A DNA stretch of 58,270 bases from Chrysochromulina tobinii (lineage: Eukaryota), in NCBI GenBank assembly GCA_001275005.1, contig JWZX01003393.1, positions 1-58,270 of the forward strand, written 5' to 3'. Shown piece by piece: positions 9,788 to 21,040 of this stretch. The translations under genes and the position numbers were made by a program. A model generated the notes under the pieces. It was not told where the DNA came from. It ran no database searches and saw only the letters and a list, made by a program, of their open reading frames with translations. Positions within the stretch are counted from its first letter, which is position 1; each line of letters opens with the position of its first letter.

Positions 9788-11944
9788 ATGGACGAGAGCG
9801 GATTGGACCCGTCCGAACTGGTCGTCAGCCGTCTCGCTCTGAACAAGAGGGCTTGCAAGTCAGCTTGGCCTGCGCAGCCTCCGAGCAGCCAAAAGGAGGC
9901 GGAGGAGCGGCTGCGCAAGGTCGAGCAGACTCGCAAGCAAGCCGAAGAGCGTACCCGGCAGACGATTGCAGTCAAGCGTGCACTCGAGCATCGCTTTCAG
10001 AAGCGCGAGTACGAGAGGGCACGCATCACAGAGTTGCAGTCTGCCCTCTGGGATCCGACGGCATCTCGTGCGAGTCGAGCACAGAGCAGCCCGATGAACG
10101 AGGCCCTGCCGCCATCTCGCTCGCCAGCCTCGAGGGCAGGGACGTTCGTCATGGGCATGGTGGTGGGCATTTGGCAAGGAATCGCGGGCTCGACGTCGAA
10201 CGACTTTCGGAGCAATGCTCCCGGGCTGAGCGCCAAGCTCGAGGCCGGGCTCGCTGACGTTGAGGCGGCGGCCCGGAAGGCCGACAAGGCGCGTGCGGAC
10301 GCAGCGGCCCTCGAGCGTGCCAACGAGGAGGCGGGATTCGCCAAGCGCGAGGCCGCCTATCGCTTGTCGATGAGCGAGGTGAGCCTCAAACGCGAGGCGG
10401 AAGAGCGCGAGGCGCGCGAGCGCGCCAAGGCGCAGATGGAGCACACGAATGCTTTGCGAGCTAGCCAGGCGTCGGCGATGGCGGCGGCGCGTCAGAAACG
10501 CAAGCAGCAAGCAGAGGAGAGACTCGCATCCGAGTCGAAGCAACGAGAGGACGAGGCGCGTCGGGCGAGCTCGGAGAGGCACCAGCTGCGCCAGCGGAGG
10601 CTCGCGATGGACGCCTCTCGGGCCAAGCAGGCTGAGGTCGAGCTCGCCGCGGAGATGATCGAGCGATGATTGCCTGCCCTCTGATTGCATGCTGAGTGCG
10701 ACTGATTGCTTGCCTCATCAGGTCGAGTTCGCCGAGGAGCGCAAGCAGCGGCAGCTTGCCGCGGACGAGCGCAATGCACAAGCTCAGCAGCTCGCCGAGG
10801 AGGACCTCGAGGCGGAGCGCCGACGCGCAGAGTGGCGCACGTCGCACGCCGAGTCGAAGCGCGCGGCGCTACGGGCGACGGCGCGGGCCAAGGCGGAGGC
10901 GCACGCGCGGGGAGAGGCCGAGGCGCGCGAACGCTTCATAGCCCAGGAGGCGGGGCGCCGTGCCGGGCACTCGCAAGCGGCCGAGGGCGAAAAGCGCGCG
11001 GCCCGGCAGCATGCCTTGGCACTCCAGGCCGACTGGCGACGCGCTGAGGCGGCCCGTACGCAGCAGGCAAGGCAGCAGGCCGCAAGGGTCGCCAAGGAGG
11101 TGGCCAACACCAAGGAGCTTGCGGCGAAGGCTCTCGCGCAGAGGGTGGTGGCCGAACAGCACACGGCCGAGCTGGCCGCGCAGCAGCGTGAAGACTTTGA
11201 GCGCAACGAACAGAACGAGCGCGAGTGGAATGAGAAGGAGCACGCTCGCCGCGTGAAGCAAGAACGCGAGGAGGCGCTCGCTTTCGTAATTCGGCAAGAG
11301 CGGGAGAGGGAGGCGCGGCAGGTCGCGGCGGTGCGTGAGAAGGAGGAACTAGTGGCTCAGGTCGCAGAGAGGCATCGTCGCGAGGCGGCGGACAAGGCAC
11401 GGAACGCCACCCTGCTGCTGCAGGAGCAGGAGCGCATCCTCAAAAGTACGGAGGAGATCGAGCGCCGGCACGCGGCCAGCCTCGCGAAGGCCGAGCGTGA
11501 GAAACGTGAGAGCTACCTCCGCTCGATCGCCCAGCGCAAGCTCGAGGACGCGAGGGAGGAGGAAGAAAACCGGCAGCTTCGCCAAAGCCAGAAGGCCGAG
11601 TGGGCGGCACAGGAGGTGGCGCGCGTAGCGGCGGAGGCGGCGGCGGCCGCGGCCACGCGCACCCAGCGCAAACTGTTTGGGGGTACGTCCTGATTGCGAC
11701 TGATTGCGACTGATTGCGACTGATTGCGACTGATTGGATTGGCTTCCCTGTCACAGAGCGATCACGACGGATGAAGGAGAAACAAAACCTTCTCCGACTT
11801 ACCGGCCGCATTGCTCTCGAGGAGGCCGCCGCTGCCGCCGCTCAGAGCCGGGCCGATGAGGCGCAGAGGCAATGTGAAGAGGCGGTGGCGCGCGAGCGGC
11901 GCGCGTCAGCAGAGCTCAGCAGTCTAGCGGCCGGGCTGAGGTAG
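9788..11944 (+). CDS. Long E/R/A/Q-rich coiled-coil protein of unknown function; introns 10637-10721 and 11683-11756; start uncertain
   Basis: Three consecutive ORFs joined in frame by GT-AG introns; charged heptad-like composition. Confidence 0.65.
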
Positions 11945-12378
11945 GGCTGAAGGGCTACTCTATTGTAGGGCTGAGGGGCTGCTCTAGGGCTACTCTTGGG
12001 CTGCTCATGACCGCGCGGTCGGACCGGACCGGGACGGAACACACACGAACACACAAAGATCGGCGCGGCTCGGCGGGACGAGGTAAGGTAGTGGGAGAAA
12101 AGCAACTGAGCAAGCGACGGGGCCGAAAGGGGCGTCGGCGATCGCCTTCCAGAGGCACAGTCAATCACAGGCGACAGAGCCCCACAGATGTGACTATGTT
12201 AACTGCATGGTTAACTGAACGATAATCCGATTATGATAGTGATAAAATAATACAAGCCCCGCCCGCCGTTTCCTGATTAAGGCGAACTTCAGTTCGCTAG
12301 CATGTTCGCCAGGGACCGCTTACCATGCACATAGAACGACATAGCCTCCGAAGGATATAGAAAAATTTGTCTTCTGTC

Positions 12379-13587
12379 TCACCGGACCGGACCTTTGACG
12401 AGCTCTTCCGCACTCAACCCATCTTTTACAGCCCACGCGAGAGGGTTGTGTGCGCGGAACTCTTGGCGCTCGATTTGACGAATCTTGACGTCCTGGGTGG
12501 GGCCGCGGTATGCATGGACGAGGTACGAGTGCGCGTACCCCTCCGAGCCGTTGAGCGCGTCGACCTGCCTTGTTAGGAACTCCTTGGACACCAACCTTCC
12601 CTCGACCAGCACCGGCCAGTGAAGGTCATGCTCCATCTCACCTCGCCTCCCATAGGTCCACAGCGGCCAGTTGGCGCCCTTGAGGCGCGCGCGCTGGTCG
12701 AGCAACTGCTCGGGCGTCACCTTTGCGGCGCGCGGCAGCCCCGCAAACAGCCGCGCTTCATAGTGCTCGCGCGTGGCCAAATGCGGCCGATCGGCCCACC
12801 GAGTTGTTCGGTGCAGCAGAGGCGTATAAGGGTGCACGGTGCACGGCCTCAACCACGAATGCATTCGGTGCGTGCGCGGGTCAGTGCAGTCCCGGTGGCA
12901 TGTGAACTTGACATACTCCACCGTCGGGTCGGTCAGCAGACGAGAAAAGAGTGTTTCGCGTTCGATCGGGCCGCCACTGAGCACCGTGTCGTCCTGGATG
13001 GCGAATAGGAGGCGCGTCGGCGGCGTGACGTGCTCGAGCACGCAGCGCATGCCATTGGCCTGGTGAAGCCATGTTTCTGCGATCAGAACCGACACCGTCC
13101 GATTGAGCGCGAGCAGCACGCGTGCCATCTTGGACGCGTAGCGCTCCGTCATCGTGTTCGTAACTCCTGGCTTGCCACCCAAGCCGTCAAAAAAGAGCAC
13201 CACGTGCACGCCGTCGAGCTGCAGCGGGCCTTTTCGGATCGATCGCACTGTGTCCAGCAGCATCCGCATGTTGGCCTCACCATCATCGCGAGGCCGCGCC
13301 GAGCTGCTGACGATCGCCGTTACGTCCGACGAGTAGGGATCCGGCGTCGGGCGTGGCTCCCAGAGCGCCGGAGAAGCTCGCTGCAGGAGCCACGCGTCCG
13401 ATGTCTCGGCAGCGCACGCTGAGGATGCCGGTGCGCCGCAGCACACGTGCTTGCCCTCGGGCAGTGATGGCGCCTTGAGACGCACCATTGACAACAGGGG
13501 TCCATCCATTGGCTTGTTTTGATGCCCCACACGACGCAAAAAATTCAAAAAATTCATTTTACTATGTTTCGATGTGCCAAAATGCAT
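12379..13587 (-). CDS. Hypothetical protein, possibly GT-A fold glycosyltransferase-like; start uncertain
   Basis: 402-aa ORF; VVLFFDG, LHQAN, LFAIQDD (DxD-like) and WADRPHLA segments. Confidence 0.45.
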   Translation of the reverse strand: MHFGTSKHSKMNFLNFLRRVGHQNKPMDGPLLSMVRLKAPSLPEGKHVCCGAPASSACAAETSDAWLLQRASPALWEPRPTPDPYSSDVTAIVSSSARPRDDGEANMRMLLDTVRSIRKGPLQLDGVHVVLFFDGLGGKPGVTNTMTERYASKMARVLLALNRTVSVLIAETWLHQANGMRCVLEHVTPPTRLLFAIQDDTVLSGGPIERETLFSRLLTDPTVEYVKFTCHRDCTDPRTHRMHSWLRPCTVHPYTPLLHRTTRWADRPHLATREHYEARLFAGLPRAAKVTPEQLLDQRARLKGANWPLWTYGRRGEMEHDLHWPVLVEGRLVSKEFLTRQVDALNGSEGYAHSYLVHAYRGPTQDVKIRQIERQEFRAHNPLAWAVKDGLSAEELVKGPVR

Positions 13588-14365
13588 GCACGTTGTCCCT
13601 CAACGTCAGAAATTCGTCTCCTAATACTCTCCTAATACTCTCCTAATCTGTTGGTAGAAAAGTTGACTTTTGTCTCAGACTTGACCGTACCTCTAACGAG
13701 GCGGGTAACCTTCGGGCGGCTAGAAATCCCCCCCTACGTGGAGTCCCCACAAGTATAATGGCCTATACGGCCCGGGGTTCATCTGCATGATGACACCCCG
13801 ACCCCCCTCTCGACACATCGAACCCCCCTTTTCCGAAGGGGAAGTCGGGAGGAAGGGACGAAGGGACGAAGGGAGGTAGAACCTATCTCGGGGAGGATTT
13901 GCCGATGCGTGTCACCCGCCGCCCCTGTGGGTGGGGGGCGTCGGCCGTGGGCCGTCGCGCCGCTGGGACGATTTTCGGGTGCGAGTGACCGCTGACGTTA
14001 TAAGCTCTATTCAAATGGTCAATATCGAGAATGTGCGTGAATTTGTCCCAATTTTGTTCGCCGCACGTTCGCTTTCCCAACCAGTGAATTCCGAAATCAC
14101 CAAAATCCACGAAGCAGTCCTGTACTAATCGAAGAATACATGAACAAAATCTTTATTCTCAGAATACACGCTGCGCGTGCGCGCGCAGATTTGGCTGAGA
14201 TCTCTTAAGTTTGCGAGATTCGAGCGGAGTTGCGCTTGGTCCCCTTTTTGGAAACACTCTCAACGAAAAAATCTCGCGTTGCGCGTTCCTATAGAGGATT
14301 ACATAGAGGATCCCTTCATCACAATCCTCCGAGTGCGGGGCTTTTACCGTAGGAGGCGGTCAAGA

Positions 14366-15229
14366 ATGATGAAAGAGATCTTGCCCTTCCCCGTCCAGTC
14401 GCGCGTGACGAGCAAGCTCGATGCCGAGTTCACTCGCAAGTTCCTCGAGTCCACAAAGCTCGAGCTCGAAATGCGTGTGGCGGACCGAAGCGACCCTTCT
14501 TGGGAGAAGCGCATCCGCAACGAGTGGCCAATCGCCAGAGTCAAGAGGATCATGAAGTTTACGATAATGGGGAGACCACGAATGATCTCCGCCGATGCAG
14601 TTTATCTCATGGCGTATGCCACGAGAGTTTTCCTGCGCCTCATCACGGCGCGTGCGGCACAGTACATGATTGCCGAAAAGCGCACCACGCTCTTGGTGAG
14701 AGACATTATTGCTGCTGTGAAGGGCTCGTCCAGTTGCGACTTCTTGCTCGACATCGTCGACGACTGGGAGCAGACACACATGTCCACGATGCCTACTTCC
14801 AAGCTGGGACGTACGGCTAAGAAGGCTCAGGCCGCTCTTTCCAACCAGGGACTTAAAGTCGCTCCTTCCGCGCAGGGACTTAAGCCCGATCCTTCCGCGC
14901 AAGCACTTCAGGCCGCTCCTTCCGCTTTGCTGCCGCGCCCGCCGCCAGGATCGGGAGCGGCGTACCAGGAACGCGATGCCTATCGTCCCCAGCCCCTGTG
15001 GCCCATGCCGGGGACGGGATGCGAAACACCACAGATGGGAAGCTTCGATCTCGGTGCCGAGCTTCGCCAGTGGGGCACTGATCTTCTGAGCGACCGCTTC
15101 ACTCAAGAATCGGTAGATACTGGCATCGCGTTAGAGTGGGAAGCAGCGCAGCTAGCGCTCGAGCTAGACAGCTTTGAGCTCGACGGCAAGCTTCCCCACT
15201 GGGCGCACGTGCTGGATGTGCGTGCCTGA
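14366..15229 (+). CDS. Histone-fold protein, NF-YC/HAP5-like
   Basis: WPIARVKRIMK...MISADAVYLMAYATRVFL..IT.RA.....EKRTTL...DI..AV......DFLLDIV matches the NF-YC histone-fold pattern. Confidence 0.8.
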   Translation: MMKEILPFPVQSRVTSKLDAEFTRKFLESTKLELEMRVADRSDPSWEKRIRNEWPIARVKRIMKFTIMGRPRMISADAVYLMAYATRVFLRLITARAAQYMIAEKRTTLLVRDIIAAVKGSSSCDFLLDIVDDWEQTHMSTMPTSKLGRTAKKAQAALSNQGLKVAPSAQGLKPDPSAQALQAAPSALLPRPPPGSGAAYQERDAYRPQPLWPMPGTGCETPQMGSFDLGAELRQWGTDLLSDRFTQESVDTGIALEWEAAQLALELDSFELDGKLPHWAHVLDVRA

Positions 15230-15296
15230 TCGGATGCCGTGAGAACGAAGGCGGGAACGGTTGCCGCCGCGCTGTGCATGACGTTCGTCGCGTCCC

Positions 15297-15548
15297 GGCG
15301 TATATGCAGCGTCGGGTGTGTATACGCAGGTAGGTGCGCATACGCACCCGACGCCGCGTTTACGCATATGTGCTTGTACGCGGCGGTGGGTGCGTATACG
15401 CAGCGGGTGCGTTTCCGCACCTGGGTGCGTATACGCAGGTGGGTGCGTTTACGCGAGCCCTGGGTGCGTATACGCAGCGGGTGTGTATACGCACCCCCTC
15501 GCGTATACACAGGTTTCTGCGTATGCACCCCCGACCGCGTAAACGCAG
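15297..15548. repeat. Array of ~14 degenerate palindromes (core GCGTATACGC, period ~17-21 bp)
   Basis: Repeated (t)gcgtatacgc(a) and variants gcgtttacgc, gtgtatacgc, gcgcatacgc. Confidence 0.85.
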
Positions 15549-16264
15549 GAATCGATGAACCGTAATGGTGCTTGGTGGTGCGTAGTATGATGGTGCGAGT
15601 GGTGCTGTTGACGTCGTGTCGGTGTTGGACTGTGTGTGTCGTGACGAAGAGTGGTGGAGAATAAGCAGAGAATACATGAGAGAATAAGGTCTCACAAAGT
15701 GGGGACGAGACCCCTCTGCCCTCTCGTGAAAAGAGTATGAAAAGAGCATGGAAAAGAGACCCTGGGCGCTGGGGGACCTGTCACCGTGACGGGCTGAGGC
15801 TCCGGTGGGCGGCGTGTGCGTGAGGGCTGGAGCCTGACGGGGCGGGGCGGGACGCGGCACGCGGGGACGACGCGGGCCGCCCGGTCCGCCGGAGCCGCTC
15901 TCGCGTCCTGCGAACAAGAGAAACGCCGCATAAAAGTGAACGCTTGTAACACAGAAAACTGTCAGAGCTCGCCGATCCGAAGCGAAGCAGGCGATCTGAT
16001 GAGCGATGACCCTGAGCAGCATCCTCCACAATGGCGCAATGCCATCACCAACGCCGCACACACAGTGGCCTTGCCGTGCATGCGGTCGGCACTCTCTCCT
16101 CCGAGAAGTTGGCGAGCTTCAGCTTGCCTGATTCGGCCAGCAGCTCGCGCACGCCCATCTGCAGATTCCATCTGGACGTGCCAGATGGGCGTGCCATGAG
16201 CAGGGAGCTTCCTGATTAGGCCACGAGGAGCTTCCTAATTAGGCCATGAGAGGGAGCTGGACGC

Positions 16265-18256
16265 TCAAGCACACGTGCAGCTCACTGCAGCACTGTTGGA
16301 CAGCGCTCGGGACGGCGCGGCGCCTCCTCTGTCTCTCGTCACCTCCTGCTCGGCCGATTCGGTGGGCAGCTGCGCCGCGGCGGCCTCGACGGTGTCGGCG
16401 TACGCGAGCAGGTTTCGGCGCATCGCCGGGTACGGCTCGAACCCGGCTGCTTGGGCGAGCGTACGCACGCAGCGGACGAGGGCGTGGGCGTCCTGTTGGC
16501 ACAGGAGCGGCGGAGTGCTCTCCCCGCGCACCTCGGCATCGTGCTTGCGGTCGCCCGCAGCTGCGTACCGCACGAAACGCTCAAACATGGCCTCGCCGTC
16601 CGTCTCGTCGGACATGATCACCTTGGGTCTCGCCTGCGCCTCATGCTGCTGAGGGTCATAATCGGCCCAAGAGCCACTGCCCAGCCCAAAATCACCGAGC
16701 TTGCCCGCGTACCCGGTGAGCACCGCCTGGCTGGCCGGGTCGAGATAGCACGCCTTGGTCACCTTAGCAGCGAGGGAGAACTCTGTATGGGTGCGTCGGC
16801 GCTCGCCAAGCGCGCCGCCGATTCCGAAGGCCACGTACCCAAGCTGAACGCCCTCGAGGAGCATGGGGAAGGCTTCGATGTCACTCGCCATGCGCCGCTG
16901 CTCTGCGAAGATGGCCGAGAAGCGTTCGAGCTGCCCGCTGTCCTGGCGCGCCATCGCGACCTCGCCGAGCAGCCCGCACTCGGCCAGGAGGTATTTGAAG
17001 GTCGCCGATCCGAAAGCGTCCGTGAGGACCGCCTTGTTGCCCGTGCACGCCCAGAAGAGTACGGTCCAGAGTACGGACGAGAGAGGGAATCGCCCGTCGA
17101 GCTCCGGATGCATCGCGATCATCGCCATCGGCCCCTCGTGCGCGGAGGTGCCGATCAGGTTCTGGGGCACGCCGCGCCCGCCGAGCACTCGTCCAGCGAG
17201 CAGCGACGAGGTCGTGCGCGCGACTCCCCACACCTCCGCTAAGTAGAGGTGCTGGAGCAAGTGGAATTCGGGGTGCGGCGCGCGGCGCGACGAGAAGAAC
17301 GCGACGATCGCGTGCTTGGGCGCGAGCACGTGAGTCTGCACCTGGTGCGCGGCAAGGGCGAAGTTGACCAGCGCCTCGTTGCACCACGCGACGCCGTCCT
17401 CATCGCCCTCGGCGCACATCCAGCCCGTCATGAACTGGCACATGCATTGGAGCACGGGCGTCTCCACAAAGGTGACCCGGAACCACGGCCCCTGCGCGAG
17501 CACCACCGCCTGCCCATGCTGCTCCACCACGCGCACCTCGCATGCCTCGGTGCTCCCGCTAAAGTCCGCACCTTCGGGCAGCAGCGTGAAGAGCGGACTG
17601 CCGTCGAGCGCGGCAGTCCACGCGTCGGCCATCGGAGCGAGCGAGTTTTCGATGACTGCGGCGCCCGGGAAGCGCTGCGCCATCAGCAAGCGGATCGTCG
17701 CCGCGTCGAAGCGGCGCGCGCCCACGGCCGTGAGTGCAGCGCGGAAGACCGGCCGCGCCACCTCCCAGCAGCTCACGCGGGACGCACTTCGACCAACGTC
17801 GAATACGCCCAGGGTCCTCTCGACGCCATCCTTCTTGAAGCCCGAACGGCGGCGCAGCTGCGACTGGAAGCAGCACTGCGGGTAGCCCAGGCCGCCGGGC
17901 GTTGCCTGCGCGTACATGTACTGCACGCGCGACATCACGAGCTTGTAGTAGTCGTTGAAGTCCGTCGCCTGCATCTCGGCGTCCTCTACGAGCGGAAAAG
18001 TGCTCGATGCCGCGCGCGCCCACACCGCAAACTGAACCACGATCTCCTTCGCGCGCGCCACGTCGCCTTCGAGCCCGGCCGCCTTGAGCTGCGCCTCCGG
18101 GATTTGCCAGTCGCCGCTGGCCGTCTCGGGCAGCGCCTCAATGGCTGCGAGCAGCTCCTTGTGCCGCTCAGAAGCACTCTGGAACGTCATGGCCTCACCT
18201 TTGGGCAGCGGGTCCTGCGCGGATCGGTCGCCCATGCAGCAGGAAAATGCGCCCAT
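16265..18256 (-). CDS. Nicotinate phosphoribosyltransferase-like (PncB/NPT1 family), intronless; likely start MGAFSCC at 18256
   Basis: DYYKLVM, FSSRRA, TSSLLA, IGTSAHE (phospho-His motif), LTDAFG, RQDSG, FGIGG and GKLGD in the order expected for NAPRTases. Confidence 0.85.
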   Translation of the reverse strand: MGAFSCCMGDRSAQDPLPKGEAMTFQSASERHKELLAAIEALPETASGDWQIPEAQLKAAGLEGDVARAKEIVVQFAVWARAASSTFPLVEDAEMQATDFNDYYKLVMSRVQYMYAQATPGGLGYPQCCFQSQLRRRSGFKKDGVERTLGVFDVGRSASRVSCWEVARPVFRAALTAVGARRFDAATIRLLMAQRFPGAAVIENSLAPMADAWTAALDGSPLFTLLPEGADFSGSTEACEVRVVEQHGQAVVLAQGPWFRVTFVETPVLQCMCQFMTGWMCAEGDEDGVAWCNEALVNFALAAHQVQTHVLAPKHAIVAFFSSRRAPHPEFHLLQHLYLAEVWGVARTTSSLLAGRVLGGRGVPQNLIGTSAHEGPMAMIAMHPELDGRFPLSSVLWTVLFWACTGNKAVLTDAFGSATFKYLLAECGLLGEVAMARQDSGQLERFSAIFAEQRRMASDIEAFPMLLEGVQLGYVAFGIGGALGERRRTHTEFSLAAKVTKACYLDPASQAVLTGYAGKLGDFGLGSGSWADYDPQQHEAQARPKVIMSDETDGEAMFERFVRYAAAGDRKHDAEVRGESTPPLLCQQDAHALVRCVRTLAQAAGFEPYPAMRRNLLAYADTVEAAAAQLPTESAEQEVTRDRGGAAPSRALSNSAAVSCTCA

Positions 18257-18828
18257 TGAGCGTGGCCTATCCTGGTTGCGCGCCTCTCCGCACCCCAGGG
18301 TGCGCGTCCTGGCCCTGCGATGTGCCCTGCGGCGCGCAGGTTTGGCTATGTCCAAAAACGAGTCGTAGCTATGTAGTTACGTCGAAACTTATTTCTGTGA
18401 CCTCTAGATCTCCCACTCCCTTCCACCACAGCTGGCTTCCGGAGCACATTCGATAGGCAATAGGCTTCCGTATGGTTGTCTGAGACTGAGTCTCAGTCTG
18501 TTCGAGAGTCATTCGTTTATGTTTAACAGTTTAGAGTTTAAGACTTCGATAAAAAGCTACCTCCGCAGTAGGCGGATGCGTTTCGTGCAACGAAAACCCG
18601 AACGTGACGACCTCGTAGTGACACCCCCACTGTGTCCATGTTCAGGTCCGAGGTGAAGCGAAGGTGTGAAACCGCAAGCGCACTGCACACACATGCTACG
18701 GACAGCTCCCTTCGTTTTTCGCCTCCGCCTCTCGACTCTGGTCGCAAACCTGGGTCTTGCACCTGGGACCTGGGGCCTGGACCTGGCATCCATGTCCTGC
18801 GGCCTGCCCTTGAGGCTGTATCATCCTC

Positions 18829-19722
18829 TCACGCCCCCACAAACGACATCTTCATGAAGCGGTGCCCCACCCGCCACTTTGCGCCCTCGGCCGACCACAT
18901 GCATGCCTCGCACAGGTCGAAATGGCTCCTGGTCAGGCACTGGAAGCGGTGGCCTACCACTGGCCCCTCGCACCCGTCGCATACGACGCTCAGGTGCACC
19001 TGCGGCTGCGGCTCCGGCGTGTACTGGTAGGAACCCTGCTGGCTGGACGGAGGCGCAGCCATCGGAGCCGCCGGAAGCTCCTCGTCGTCGTCGTCGAGCG
19101 GTGGCCGGTCGGCCTCCGGCGCAGACGCTCGAGCCTGCTCGGCAAAGACGCCCGAGCCGAGCCGATGCGCGCTGCTCGTTGCTGGCGCCTCGGCCATCGC
19201 GTCCGGCGCTTCAGCCATGCTTCGGCCTCGGCCTCGGCGCCATGCGTCGGCCTCGTCCGCTCCCTCATCCGAGGAGGCAGCGGCATGGAAGCCCGGGGGA
19301 ATGGTGCTTTGCTCGTGACCCGTGGCAAGGTGCTCGAAGACAATCGTGCCCGCCGCGCTCACTCGCGACCCCCACCCGTCAGGCAGGCCGGCGACAAACA
19401 CTGGCATCGGCTCGTATGTCGGCTGTGCGGGCGGAGGCCGTGAGCGCTTGTGAAACCCAGAAGCCGCGACGACTCCTTGCTGCATATGCAGCTGGACCGC
19501 TACATGGGGGTTAAAGTTACTGGCCTCAAGATAAAACGTCGCGATATCTGGCTCCACATGCAGCACATCGACCAGAACTGCGACAAGACTGTCCTGGTCG
19601 TCATGCGTGGTTGCGCCCAGCTTCGTGACGAGGCTATCTAGAGCGGAGTCGAGGTCTGACGAAATATCGTGCGCGCGCCCACGCTTAGCGGCAGCGGCAG
19701 AGGCGGAAGGAGCGCCGTCCAT
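18829..19722 (-). CDS. UBA-like + WW-like + ZZ zinc-finger protein
   Basis: N-terminal ATFYLEASNFNPHVAV (UBA-like), GLPDGW...FEH...EQSTIP (degenerate WW), C-terminal H.SVVCDGC.GPVVG.RFQC....FDLCEAC...H.F (ZZ). Confidence 0.75.
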   Translation of the reverse strand: MDGAPSASAAAAKRGRAHDISSDLDSALDSLVTKLGATTHDDQDSLVAVLVDVLHVEPDIATFYLEASNFNPHVAVQLHMQQGVVAASGFHKRSRPPPAQPTYEPMPVFVAGLPDGWGSRVSAAGTIVFEHLATGHEQSTIPPGFHAAASSDEGADEADAWRRGRGRSMAEAPDAMAEAPATSSAHRLGSGVFAEQARASAPEADRPPLDDDDEELPAAPMAAPPSSQQGSYQYTPEPQPQVHLSVVCDGCEGPVVGHRFQCLTRSHFDLCEACMWSAEGAKWRVGHRFMKMSFVGA

Positions 19723-19858
19723 GGCTGGGGCGTTCTAGGTGGCGGTTTCCGCGTTCCCACGAGCACACCGAATCTAGACATGTGAGCCCCGCACCTCTTG
19801 TGGAAAGCCCATCAGTAAATGCTTCGGCTAGCGGTCGAGGCATCCCCTCGAGGGAAAC

Positions 19859-20890
19859 ATGTCTCTTCGTTCAGTCCTCTTCGTGGTGCTCGCTGGGTCG
19901 CTGCAGCCAGCCACGGCCGGCACGAATGCGTTCGGCAAGAAATTTTTGGCAGAGAACGGCCAGAAGCCGGGTGTCGTCACCTTGCGTTCGGGTCTGCAGT
20001 ACAAGGTCTTGCAAGACGGTGATGGCGAGAAGCACCCAAACGTTGGCACCGATTGCTCGTGCCACTACGAGGGCCGTACGGCCCAGGAGTGGTCCAAAGA
20101 TCCCAAAGGAAAGAAATTCGACTCGTCCTTTGACCGCGGCTCGCCCGCGAACTTTGCGCCCAACGGCGTCATCGCCGGATGGACAGAGGCGATGCAGTTG
20201 ATGGTCGAAGGCGACAAGTGGGAGCTGTAGGATGGCGGCCGAATTCGAAGCTCATCCACAACGAGCGCTTTGGCTGACTTGATGCGCTGACGGACAGCCC
20301 GCTCGATTCGCGCCGCTTGGGGAAGGTACATTCCGTCAGAGCTCGCCTACGGCGACAGCGGCCAGGGTGGTGACATCAAGGGCGGCGACGTGCTGGTGTT
20401 CACGCTGCACATGATCAAGATCAACGGTGCCGGCAAGCCCGCAGAGTCGCGAGGGCCGCCGCCGTACACGGTCCTCGGCAACGGCCCCGGCGAGCTCAGC
20501 TACGACTCGTGGGTTGCGAGCACTCGCGCGGCTTGCCTCGAAACTTGCCCTCCGAAGGTACTCGCAGTGCTGCGCCAGCCCGTCGGGGGTTCCAAAGTGT
20601 TCCTTGGCTTCAAGGCGGCGGCACGGCAGAGCGCCAAGGCGGCGGATGGCAGCATGTACGCGATGACCGCGAGCTCCAAGTTTGAGAAGGGCAAGTACAC
20701 GACGGATGCCGTCGCGCACGCCCTGCAGCTGACTGCCCCAGCGGTGTACGTGCAGGCTGCTGGTGCGACCGGTTGGACGAAATGCGAGATTGGCAGGCCA
20801 ACGGACTCGACGCAGGAGGCGATCCAGCAGGCGGTGGCCAGCTGCGCCGTGGCCGCCGCGGCCACCGTGGGCGTCAAGGCCGAGCTGTGA
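19859..20890 (+). CDS. Secreted FKBP-type peptidyl-prolyl isomerase (MIP-like) with C-terminal extension; intron 20227-20325
   Basis: Signal peptide; SGLQYKVL, HYEG, FDSSFDRG, VIAGWTEAMQLMVEGDKWEL|YIPSELAYG, LVFTLHMI. Confidence 0.92.
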
Positions 20891-20928
20891 GCGAGCTGTG
20901 AACGAGCCGTGAACGAACGAGGCCACTC

Positions 20929-21040
20929 CGGCTCCGGTTCGGCTCGCATGCATCGGGCATGCATGCATGCATACGGCTCCGGTTCGGCTCATGCATCGGG
21001 CTTGCATGCATGCATACGGCTCCGGTTCGGCTCGGGCATC
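20929..21040. repeat. ~44-bp tandem repeat rich in ATGC
   Basis: cggctccggttcggctc(gc)atgcatcgggc.tgcatgcatgcata x2.5. Confidence 0.8.

Noticed and set aside
15297..15548. CRISPR-like array
   Set aside because: Units are ~10-12 bp with 5-10 bp linkers, degenerate, no cas genes, eukaryotic context
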